64,000 bases of DNA, taken from assembly GCF_009914755.1 (NCBI RefSeq), contig NC_060925.1; one strand, given 5' to 3'. A model generated the notes under the pieces. It made no database searches. It was not told the DNA's origin and worked only from the letters and a program-made list of their open reading frames with translations. Source of the DNA: the human T2T-CHM13v2.0 reference genome, Homo sapiens. This document shows, piece by piece, positions 1 to 12,825 of the stretch; position 1 is the first letter of the stretch, and every line of letters starts with the position of its first letter. The position numbers and the translations under genes were made by a program.

Positions 1-300
1 TCGAATGCAATCGAATGGAATTATCGAATGCAATCGAATAGAATCATCGAATGGACTCGAATGGAATCATCGAATGGAATGGAATGGAACAGTCAATGAA
101 CTCGAATGGAATCATCATTGAATGGAATCGAATGGAATCATCGAGTGGAATCGAATGGAATTATGATCAAATGGAATCGAATGTAATCATCATCAAATGG
201 AATCAAAAATAACCATCATCAATTGGTATTGAATGGAATTGTCATCAAATGGAATTCAAAGGAATCATCATCAAATGGAACCGAATGGAATCCTCATTGA

Positions 301-1236
301 ATGGAAATGAAAGGGGTCATCATCTAATGGAATCGCATGGAATCATCATCAAATGGAATCGAATGGAATCATCATCAAATGGAATCTAATGGAATCATTG
401 AACAGAATTGAATGGAATCGTCATCGAATGAATTGAATGCAATCATCGAATGGTCTCGAATGGAATCATCTTCTAATGGAAAGGAATGGAATCATCGCAT
501 AGAATCGAATGGAATTATCATCGAATGGAATCGAATGGTATCAAAACCAAACGGAAAAAAACGGAATTATCGAATGGAATCGAAGAGAATCTTCGAACGG
601 ACCCGAATGGAATCATCTAATGGAATGGAATGGAATAATCCATGGACTCGAATGCAATCATCATCGAATGGAATCGAATGGAATCATCGAATGGACTCGA
701 ATGGAATAATCATTGAACGGAATCGAATGGAATCATCATCGGATGGAAACGAATGGAATCATCATCGAATGGAAATGAAAGGAGTCATCATCTAATGGAA
801 TTGCATGGAATCATCATAAAATGGAATCGAATGGAATCAACATCAAATGGAATCAAATGGAATCATTGAACGGAATTGAATGGAATCGTCATCGAATGAA
901 TTGACTGCAATCATCCAATGGTCTCGAATGGAATCATCTTCAAATGGAATGGAATGGAATCATCGCATAGAATCGAATGGAATTATCATCGAATGGAATC
1001 GAAAGGAATCAACATCCAACGGAAAAAAACGGAATTATCGAATGGAATCGAAGAGAATCATCGAATGGACCCGAATGGAATCATCTAATGGAATGGAATG
1101 GAATAATCCATGGACTCGAATGCAATCATCATCGAATGGAATCGAATGGAATCATCGAATGGACTCGAATGGAATAATCATTGAACAGAATCGAAAGGAA
1201 TCATCATCGGATGGAAATGAATGGAATCATCATCGA
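301..1236 (+). repeat. Internal 468-bp direct duplication (subunits A and B) present in every canonical unit
   Basis: ATGGAAATGAAAGG at 301 and 769, and near-identical 127-aa pseudo-ORFs at 412 and 880, are both offset by 468. Diagnostic A/B differences: TTGAATGC/TTGACTGC, TTCTAATGGAAAGG/TTCAAATGGAATGG, ATCTTCGAACGG/ATCATCGAATGG, GGAAACGAAT/GGAAATGAAT. Confidence 0.93.
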
Positions 1237-2076
1237 ATGGAATCGAATAGAATTATGGAATGAAATCCAGTGTGATCATCATCGAATGGACCCGAATGGA
1301 ATCATCATCCAACGGAAGCTAATGGAATCAACATCGAATGAATCGAATGGAAACACCATCGAATTGAAACGAATGGAATTATCATGAAATTGAAATGGAT
1401 GGACTCATCATCGAATGGATTCGAATGGAATCATCGAATAAAATTGATTGAAATCATCATCGAATGGAGTCGAATGGTATCATTGAATGGAATCGAATGG
1501 AATCATCATCAGATGGAAATGAATGGAATCGTCATAGAATGGAATCGAATGGATTCATTGAATGGAATCAGATGGAATCATCGAATGGACTGGAATGGAA
1601 TCATTGAATGGACTCGAAAGGGATCATGATTGAATGGAATTGAATGGAATCATCGAATGGTCTCGATTGGAATCATTATCAAATGGAATCGAATGGAATC
1701 ACCGAATAGAATCGAATGGAACAATCATCGAATGGACTCAAATGGAATTATCCTCCAATGGAATCGAATGGAATTATCGAATGCAATCGAATGGAATTAT
1801 CGAATGCAATCGAATAGAATCATCGAAAGGACTCGAATGGAATCATCGAATGGAATGGAATGGAACAGTCAATGAACTCGAATGGAATCATCATTGAATG
1901 GAATCGAATGGAATCATCGAGTGGAATCGAATGGAATTATGATCAAATGGAATCGAATGTAATCATCATCAAATGGAATCAAAAATAACCATCATCAATT
2001 GGTATTGAATGGAATTGTCATCAAATGGAATTCAAAGGAATCATCATCAAATGGAACCGAATGGAATCCTCATTGA
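301..2076 (+). repeat. Representative full 1776-bp unit (A 301-768, B 769-1236, C 1237-2076)
   Basis: ATGGAAATGAAAGGGGTC at 301 recurs one period later. Once-per-unit landmarks are GAAATCCAGTGTG, CAACGGAAGCT, GGAACAGTCAATG, CAAAAATAACC and the EcoRI site GAATTC (252-257 and every period). Confidence 0.93.
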
Positions 2077-3963
2077 ATGGAAATGAAAGGGGTCATCATC
2101 TAATGGAATCGCATGGAATCATCATCAAATGGAATCGAATGGAATCATCATCAAATGGAATCTAATGGAATCATTGAACAGAATTGAATGGAATCGTCAT
2201 CGAATGAATTGAATGCAATCATCGAATGGTCTCGAATGGAATCATCTTCTAATGGAAAGGAATGGAATCATCGCATAGAATCGAATGGAATTATCATCGA
2301 ATGGAATCGAATGCTATCAACACCAAACGGAAAAAAACGGAATTATCGAATGGAATCGAAGAGATTCTTCGAACGGACCCGAATGGAATCATCTAATGGA
2401 ATGGAATGGAATAATCCATGGACTCGAATGCAATCATCATCGAATGGAATGGAATGGAATCATCGAATGGACTCGAATGGAATAATCATTGAACGGAATC
2501 GAATGGAATCATCATCGGATGGAAACGAATGGAATCATCATCGAATGGAAATGAAAGGAGTCATCATCTAATGGAATTGCATGGAATCATCATCAAATGG
2601 AATCGAATGGAATCAACATCAAATGGAATCAAATGGAATCATTGAACGGAATTGAATGGAATCGTCATCGAATGAATTGACTGCAATCATCGAATGGTCT
2701 CGAATGGAATCATCTTCAAATGGAATGGAATGGAATCATCGCATAGAATCGAATGGAATTATCATCGAATGGAATCGAATGGAATCAACATCAAACGGAA
2801 AAAAACGGAATTATCGAATGGAATCGAAGAGAATCATCGAATGGACCCGAATGGAATCATCTAATGGAATGGAATGGAATAATCCATGGACTCGAATGCA
2901 ATCATCATCGAATGGAATCGAATGGAATCATCGAATGGACTCGAATGGAATAATCATTGAACGGAATCGAATGGAATCATCATCGGATGGAAATGAATGG
3001 AATCATCATCGAATGGAATCGAATAGAATTATGGAATGAAATCCAGTGTGATCATCATCGAATGGACCCGAATGGAATCATCATCCAACGGAAGCTAATG
3101 GAATCAACATCGAATGAATCGAATGGAAACACCATCGAATTGAAACGAATGGAATTATCATGAAATTGAAATGGATGGACTCATCATCGAATGGATTCGA
3201 ATGGAATCATCGAATAAAATTGATTGAAATCATCATCCAATGGAATCGAATGGTATCATTGAATGGAATCGAATGGAATCATCATCAGATGGAAATGAAT
3301 GGAATCGTCATAAAATGGAATCGAATGGATTCATTGAATGGAATCAGATGGAATCATCGAATGGACTGGAATGGAATCATTGAATGGACTCGAAAGGGAT
3401 CATTATTGAATGGAATTGAATGGAATCATCGAATGGTCTCGATTGGAATCATTATCAAATGGAATCGAATGGAATCACCGAATAGAATCGAATGGAACAA
3501 TCATCGAATGGACTCAAATGGAATTATCCTCAAATGGAATCGAATGGAATTATCGAATGCAATCGGATGGAATTATCGAATGCAATCGAATAGAATCATC
3601 GAATGGACTCGAATGGAATCATCGAATGGAATGGAATGGAACAGTCAATGAACTCGAATGGAATCATCATTGAATGGAATCGAATGGAATCATCGAGTGG
3701 AATCGAATGGAATTATGATCAAATGGAATCGAATGTAATCATCATCAAATGGAATCAAAAATAACCATCATCAATTGGTATTGAATGGAATTGTCATCAA
3801 ATGGAATTCAAAGGAATCATCATCAAATGGAACCGAATGGAATCCTCATTGAATGGAAATGAAAGGGGTCATCATCTAATGGAATCGCATGGAATCATCA
3901 TCAAATGGAATCGAATGGAATCATCATCAAATGGAATCTAATGGAATCATTGAACAGAATTGA

Positions 3964-5583
3964 ATGGAATCGTCATCGAATGAATTGAATGCAATCATCG
4001 AATGGTCTCGAATGGAATCATCTTCTAATGGAAAGGAATGGAATCATCGCATAGAATCGAATGGAATTATCATCGAATGGAATCGAATGCTATCAACACC
4101 AAACGGAAAAAAACGGAATTATCGAATGGAATCGAAGAGAATCTTCGAACGGACCCGAATGGAATCATCTAATGGAATGGAATGGAATAATCCATGGACT
4201 CGAATGCAATCATCATCGAATGGAATGGAATGGAATCATCGAATGGACTCGAATGGAATAATCATTGAACGGAATCGAATGGAATCATCATCGGATGGAA
4301 ACGAATGGAATCATCATCGAATGGAAATGAAAGGAGTCATCATCTAATGGAATTGCATGGAATCATCATAAAATGGAATCGAATGGAATCAACATCAAAT
4401 GGAATCAAATGGAATCATTGAACGGAATTGAATGGAATCGTCATCGAATGAATTGACTGCAATCATCGAATGGTCTCGAATGGAATCATCTTCAAATGGA
4501 ATGGAATGGAATCATCGCATAGAATCGAATGGAATTATCATCGAATGGAATCGAATGGAATCAACATCAAACGGAAAAAAACGGAATTATCGAATGGAAT
4601 CGAAGAGAATCATCGAATGGACCCGAATGGAATCATCTAATGGAATGGAATGGAATAATCCATGGACTCGAATGCAATCATCATCGAATGGAATCGAATG
4701 GAATCATCGAATGTACTCGAATGGAATAATCATTGAACGGAATCGAATGGAATCATCATCGGATGGAAATGAATGGAATCATCATCGAATGGAATCGAAT
4801 AGAATTATGGAATGAAATCCAGTGTGATCATCATCGAATGGACCCGAATGGAATCATCATCCAACGGAAGCTAATGGAATCAACATCGAATGAATCGAAT
4901 GGAAACACCATCGAATTGAAACGAATGGAATTATCATGAAATTGAAATGGATGGACTCATCATCGAATGGATTCGAATGGAATCATCGAATAAAATTGAT
5001 TGAAATCATCATCCAATGGAATCGAATGGTATCATTGAATGGAATCGAATGGAATCATCATCAGATGGAAATGAATGGAATCGTCATAAAATGGAATCGA
5101 ATGGATTCATTGAATGGAATCAGATGGAATCATCGAATGGACTGGAATGGAATCATTGAATGGACTCGAAAGGGATCATTATTGAATGGAATTGAATGGA
5201 ATCATCGAATGGTCTCGATTGGAATCATTATCAAATGGAATCGAATGGAATCACCGAATAGAATCGAATGGAACAATCATCGAATGGACTCAAATGGAAT
5301 TATCCTCAAATGGAATCGAATGGAATTATCGAATGCAATCGAATGGAATTATCGAATGCAATCGAATAGAATCATCGAATGGACTCGAATGGAATCATCG
5401 AATGGAATGGAATGGAACAGTCAATGAACTCGAATGGAATCATCATTGAATGGAATCGAATGGAATCATCGAGTGGAATCGAATGGAATTATGATCAAAT
5501 GGAATCGAATGTAATCATCATCAAATGGAATCGAATGGAATCATCATCAAATGGAATCTAATGGAATCATTGAACAGAATTGA
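3964..5583 (+). repeat. 1620-bp variant unit (156-bp deletion removing the EcoRI segment)
   Basis: Spacing 3964 to 5584 is 1620. At about 5513-5532, GTAATCATCATCAAATGGAATC runs directly into GAATGGAATCATCATCAAATGGAATCTAATGG, and CAAAAATAACC...GAATTC...GGGGTC is absent. Confidence 0.9.
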
Positions 5584-7359
5584 ATGGAATCGTCATCGAA
5601 TGAATTGAATGCAATCATCGAATGGTCTCGAATGGAATCATCTTCTAATGGAAAGGAATGGAATCATCACATAGAATCGAATGGAATTATCATCGAATGG
5701 AATCGAATTGTATCAACACCAAACGGAAAAAAACGGAATTATCGAATGGAATCGAAGAGAATCTTCGAACGGACCCGAATGGAATCATCTAATGGAATGG
5801 AATGGAATAATCCATGGACTCGAATGCAATCATCATCGAATGGAATCGAATGGAATCATCGAATGGACTCGAATGGAATAATCATTGAACGGAATCGAAT
5901 GGAATCATCATCGGATGGAAACGAATGGAATCATCATCGAATGGAAATGAAAGGAGTCATCATCTAATGGAATTGCATGGAATCATCATAAAATGGAATC
6001 GAATGGAATCAACATCAAATGGAATCAAATGGAATCATTGAACGGAATTGAATGGAATCGTCATCGAATGAATTGACTGCAATCATCGAATGGTCTCGAA
6101 TGGAATCATGTTCAAATGGAATGGAATGGAATCATCGCATAGAATCGAATGGAATTATCATCGAATGGAATCGAATGGAATCAACATCCAACGGAAAAAA
6201 ACGGAATTATCGAATGGAATCGAAGAGAATCATCGAATGGACCCGAATGGAATCATCTAATGGAATGGAATGGAATAATCCATGGACTCGAATGCAATCA
6301 TCATCGAATGGAATCGAATGGAATCATCGAATGGACTCGAATGGAATAATCATTGAACGGAATCGAATGGAATCATCATCGGATGGAAATGAATGGAATC
6401 ATCATCGAATGGAATCGAATAGAATTATGGAATGAAATCCAGTGTGATCATCATCGAATGGACCCGAATGGAATCATCATCCAACGGAAGCTAATGGAAT
6501 CAACATCGAATGAATCGAATGGAAACACCATCGAATTGAAACGAATGGAATTATCATGAAATTGAAATGGATGGACTCATCATCGAATGGATTCGAATGG
6601 AATCATCGAATAAAATTGATTGAAATCATCATCAAATGGAATCGAATGGTATCATTCAATGGAATCGAATGGAATCATCATCAGATGGAAATGAATGGAA
6701 TCGTCATAGAATGGAATCGAATGGATTCATTGAATGGAATCAGATGGAATCATCGAATGGACTGGAATGGAATCATTGAATGGACTCGAAAGGGATCATG
6801 ATTGAATGGAATTGAATGGAATCATCGAATGGTCTCGATTGGAATCATTATCAAATGGAATCGAATGGAATCACCGAATAGAATCGAATGGAACAATCAT
6901 CGAATGGACTCAAATGGAATTATCCTCCAATGGAATCGAATGGAATTATCGAATGCAATCGAATGGAATTATCGAATGCAATCGAATAGAATCATCGAAT
7001 GGACTCGAATGGAATCATCGAATGGAATGGAATGGAACAGTCAATGAACTCGAATGGAATCATCATTGAATGGAATCGAATGGAATCATCGAATGGAATC
7101 GAATGGAATTATGATCAAATGGAATCGAATATAATCATCATCAAATGGAATCAAAAATAACCATCATCAATTGGTATTGAATGGAATTCTCATCAAATGG
7201 AATTCAAAGGAGTCATCATCAAATGGAACTGAATGGAATCCTCATTGAATGGAAATGAAAGGGGTCATCATCTAATGGAATCGCATGGAATCATCATCAA
7301 ATGGAATCGAATGGAATCATCATCAAATGGAATCTGATGGAATCATTGAACAGAATTGA

Positions 7360-9281
7360 ATGGAATCGTCATCGAATGAATTGAATGCAATCATCGAATG
7401 GTCTCGAATGTAATCACATTCTAATGGAAAGGAATGGAATCATCGCATAGAATCGAATGGAATTAACATTGAATGGACTCGAATGGAATCAACATCAAAC
7501 GGAATCAAGCGTAATTATCGAATGGAATCGAAGAGAATCATCGAATGGTCTCGAATGGAATCATCTTCTAATGGAAAGGAATGGAATCATCGCATAGAAT
7601 CGAATGGAATTAACATTGAATGGACTCGAATGGAATCAACATCAAATGGAATCAAACGGAATTATCGAATGAAATCGAAGAGAATCATTGAATGGACTCG
7701 AATGGAATCATCTAATGGAATGGAATGGAATAATCCACGGACTCGAATGCAATCATCATCGTATAGAATCGAATGGAATCATCGAATGGACTCGAATGGA
7801 ATAACCATTGAACGGAATCGAGTGGAATCATCATCGGATGGAAACGAATGGAATCATCATCGAATGGAAATGAAAGGAGTCATCATCTAATGGAATTGCA
7901 TGGAATCATCATAAAATGGAATCGAATGAAATCAACATCAAATGGAACCAAATGGAATCATTGAACGGAATTGAATGGAATCGTCTCGAATGAATTGACT
8001 GCAATCATCGAATGGTCTCGAATGGAATCATCTTCAAATGGAATGGAATGGAATCATCGCATAGAATCGAATGGAATTATCATCGAATGGAATCGAATGG
8101 AATCAACATCAAACGGAAAAAAACGGAATTATCAAATGGAATCGAAGAGAATCATCGAATGGACCCGAATGGAATCATCTAATGGAATGGAATGGAATAA
8201 TCCATGGACTCGAATGCAATCATCATCGAATGGAATCGAATGGAATCATCGAATGGACTCGAATGGAATAATCATTGAACGGAATCGAATGGAATCATCA
8301 TCGGATGGAAATGAATGGAATCATCATCGAATGGAATCGAATAGAATTATGGAATGAAATCCAGTGTGATCATCATCGAATGGACCCGAATGGAATCATC
8401 ATCCAACGGAAGCTAATGGAATCAACATCGAATGAATCAAATGGAAACACCATCGAATTGAAACGAATGGAATTATCATGAAATTGAAATGGATGGACTC
8501 ATCATCGAATGGATTCGAATGGAATCATCGAATAAAATTGATTGAAATCATCATCCAATGGAATCGAATGGTATCATTGAATGGAATCGAATGGAATCAT
8601 CATCAGATGGAAATGAATGGAATCGTCATAGAATGGAATCGAATGGATTCATTGAATGGAATCAGATGGAATCATCGAATGGACTGGAATGGAATCATCG
8701 AATGGACTCGAAAGGGATCATGATTGAATGGAATTGAATGGAATCATCGAATGGTCTCGATTGGTATCATTATCAAATGGAATCGAATGGAATCCCCGAA
8801 TAGAATCGAATGGAACAATCATCGAATGGACTCAAATGGAATTATCCTCAAATGGAATCGAATGGAATTATCGAATGCAATCGAATGGAATTATCGAATG
8901 CAATCGAATAGAATCATCGAATGGACTCGAATGGAATCATCGAATGGAATGGAATGGAACAGTCAATGAACTCGAATGGAATCATCATTGAATGGAATCG
9001 AATGGAATCATCGAGTGGAATCGAATGGAATTATGATCAAATGGAATCGAATGTAATCATCATCAAATGGAATCAAAAATAACCATCATCAATTGGTATT
9101 GAATGGAATTGTCATCAAATGGAATTCAAAGGAATCATCATCAAATGGAACCGAATGGAATCCTCATTGAATGGAAATGAAAGGGGTCATCATCTAATGG
9201 AATCGCATGGAATCATCATCAAATGGAATCGAATGGAATCATCATCAAATGGAATCTAATGGAATCATTGAACAGAATTGA
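7360..9281 (+). repeat. 1922-bp divergent variant unit, copy 1 (147-bp duplication plus 1-bp deletion)
   Basis: GTCTCG at 7401 and 7548 (offset 147). Diagnostic GTAATCACATT, ATTAACATTG, ATCCACGG, CGTATAG, and ATCGTCTCG (1-bp deletion near 7985). Confidence 0.9.
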
Positions 9282-12200
9282 ATGGAATCGTCATCGAATG
9301 AATTGAATGCAATCATCGAATGGTCTCGAATGGAATCATCTTCTAATGGAAAGGAATGGAATCATCGCATAGAATCGAATGGAATTATCATCGAATGGAA
9401 TCGAATGGTATCAACACCAAACGGAAAAAAACGGAATTATCGAATGGAATCGAAGAGAATCTTCGAACGGACCCGAATGGAATCATCTAATGGAATGGAA
9501 TGGAATAATCCATGGACTCGAATGCAATCATCATCGAATGGAATCGAATGGAATCATCGAATGGACTCGAATGGAATAATCATTGAACGGAATCGAATGG
9601 AATCATCATCGGATGGAAACGAATGGAATCATGATCGAATGGAAATGAAAGGAGTCATCATCTAATGGAATTGCATGGAATCATCATAAAATGGAATCGA
9701 ATGGAATCAACATCAAATGGAATCAAATGGAATCATTGAACGGAATTGAATGGAATCGTCATCGAATGAATTGACTGCAATCATCGAATGGTCTCGGAAT
9801 CATCTTCAAATGGAATGGAATGGAATCATCGCATAGAATCGAATGGAATTATCAGCAAATGGAATCGATTGGAATCAACATCAAACGGAAAAAAACGGAA
9901 TTATCGAATGGAATCGAAGAGAATCATCGAATGGACCCGAATGGAATCATCTAATGGAATGGAATGGAATAATCCATGGACTCGAATGCAATGATCATCG
10001 AATGGAATCGAATGGAATCATCGAATGGACTCGAATGGAATAATCATCGAACGGAATCGAATGGAATCATCATCGGATGGAAATGAATGGAATCATCATC
10101 GAATGGAATCGAATAGAATTATGGAATGAAATCCAGTGTGATCATCATCGAATGGACCCGAATGGAATCATCATCCAACGGAAGCTAATGGAATCAACAT
10201 CGAATGAATCGAATGGAAACACCATCGAATTGAAACGAATGGAATTATCATGAAATTGAAATGGATGGACTCATCATCGAATGGATTCGAATGGAATCAT
10301 CGAATAAAATTGATTGAAATCATCATCGAATGGAATCGAATGGTATCATTGAATGGAATCGAATGGAATCATCATCAGATGGAAATGAATGGAATCGTGA
10401 TAGAATGGAATCGAATGGATTCATTGAATGGAATCAGATGGAATCATCGAATGGACTGGAATGGAATCATCGAATGGACTCGAAAGGGATCATGATTGAA
10501 TGGAATTGAATGGAATAATCGAATGGTCTCGATTGGAATCATTATCAAATGGAATCGAATGGAATCCCCGAATAGAATCGAATGGAACAATCATCGAATG
10601 GACTCAAATGGAATTATCCTCAAATGGAATCGAATGGAATTATCGAATGCAATCGAATGGAATTATCGAATGCAATCGAATAGAATCATCGAATGGACTC
10701 GAATGGAATCATCGAATGGAATGGAATGGAACAGTCAATGAACGCGAATGGAATCATCATTGAATGGAATCGAATGGAATCATCGAGTGGAATCGAATGG
10801 AATTATGATCAAATGGAATCGAATGTTATCATCATCAAATGGAATCAAAAATAACCATCATCAATTGGTATTGAATGGAATTGTCATCAAATGGAATTCA
10901 AAGGAATCATCATCAAATGGAACCGAATGAAATCCTCATTGAATGGAAATGAAAGGGGTCATCATCTAATGGAATCGCATGGAATCATCATCAAATGGAA
11001 TCGAATGGAATCATCATCAAATGGAATCTAATGGAATCATTGAACAGAATTGAATGGAATCGTCATCGAATGAATTGAATGCAATCATCGAATGGTGTCG
11101 AATGGAATCATCTTCTAATGGAAAGGAATGGAATCATCGCATAGAATCGAATGGAATTATCATCGAATGGAATCGAATGGTATCAACACCAAACGGAAAA
11201 AAACGGAATTATCGAATGGAATCGAAGAGAATCTTCGAACGGACCCGAATGGAATCATCTAATGGAATGGAATGGAATAATCCTTGGACTCGAATGCAAT
11301 CATCATCGAATGGAATCGAATGGAATCATCGAATGGACTCGAATGGAATAATCATTGAACGGAATCGAATGGAATCATCATCGGATGGAAACGAATGGAA
11401 TCATGATCGAATGGAAATGAAAGGAGTCATCATCTAATGGAATTGCATGGAATCATCATAAAATGGAATCGAATGGAATCAACATCAAATGGAATCAAAT
11501 GGAATCATTGAACGGAATTGAATGGAATCGTCATTGAATGAATTGACTGCAATCATCGAATGGTCTCGGAATCATCTTCAAATGGAATGGAATGGAATCA
11601 TCGCATAGAATCGAATGGAATTATCAGCAAATGGAATCGAATGGAATCAACATCAAACGGAAAAAAACGGAATTATCGAATGGAATCGAAGAGAATCATC
11701 GAATGGACCCGAATGGAATCATCTAATGGAATGGAATGGAATAATCCATGGACTCGAATGCAATCATCATCGAATGGAATCGAATGGAATCATCGAATGG
11801 ACTCGAATGGAATAATCATTGAACGGAATCGAATGGAATCATCATCGGATGGAAATGAATGGAATCATCATCGAATGGAATCGAATAGAATTATGGAATG
11901 AAATCCAGTGTGATCATCATCGAATGGACCCGAATGGAATCATCATCCAACGGAAGCTAATGGAATCAACATCGAATGAATCGAATGGAAACACCATCGA
12001 ATTGAAACGAATGGAATTATCATGAAATTGAAATGGATGGACTCATCATCGAATGGATTCGAATGGAATCATCGAATAAAATTGATTGAAATCATCATCG
12101 AATGGAATCGAATGGTATCATTGAATGGAATCGAATGGAATCATCATCAGATGGAAATGAATGGAATCGTCATAGAATGGAATCGAATGGATTCATTGAA

Positions 12201-12825
12201 TGGAATCAGATGGAATCATCGAATGGACTGGAATGGAATCATTGAATGGACTCGAAAGGGATCATGATTGAATGGAATTGAATGGAATCATCGAATGGTC
12301 TCGATTGGAATCATTATCAAATGGAATCGAATGGAATCACCGAATAGAATCGAATGGAACAATCATCGAATGGACTCAAATGGAATTATCCTCAAATGGA
12401 ATCGAATGGAATTATCGAATGCAATCGAATGGAATTATCGAATGCAATCGAATAGAATCATCGAATGGACTCGAGTGGAATCATCGAATGGAATGGAATG
12501 GAACAGTCAATGAACACGAATGGAATCATCAGTGAATGGAATCGAATGGAATCATCGAGTGGAATCGAATGGAATTATGATCAAATGGAATCGAATGTAA
12601 TCATCATCAAATGGAATCAAAAATAACCATCATCAATTGGTATTGAATGGAATTGTAATCAAATGGAATTCAAAGGAATCATCATCAAATGGAACCGAAT
12701 GGAATCCTCATTGAATGGAAATGAATGGGGTCATCATATAATGGAATCGTATGGAATCATCATCAAATGGAATCGAATGGAATCATCATCAAATGGAATC
12801 TAATGGAATCATTGAACAGAATTGA
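9282..12825 (+). repeat. Two adjacent 1772-bp variant units sharing a 4-bp deletion
   Basis: GTCTCGGAATC instead of GTCTCGAATGGAATC at about 9791 and 11563, with shared ATCATGATCG and ATCAGCAAATGG substitutions. Confidence 0.9.

Noticed and set aside
553-564. GGAAAAAAACGG A-tract as a retroelement tail
   Set aside because: Only seven A residues, with no target-site duplication or element body. The divergent haplotype shows it corresponds to GGAATCAAACGG.
581-600. Possible heat-shock element (GAATCTTCGAA)
   Set aside because: Only two correctly spaced inverted nGAAn units. A canonical HSF1 element needs three.
1436-1441. AATAAA once per unit as a polyadenylation signal
   Set aside because: It is derivable from GAATGGAAT by point changes, with no clear GU-rich downstream element and no transcript evidence available here.
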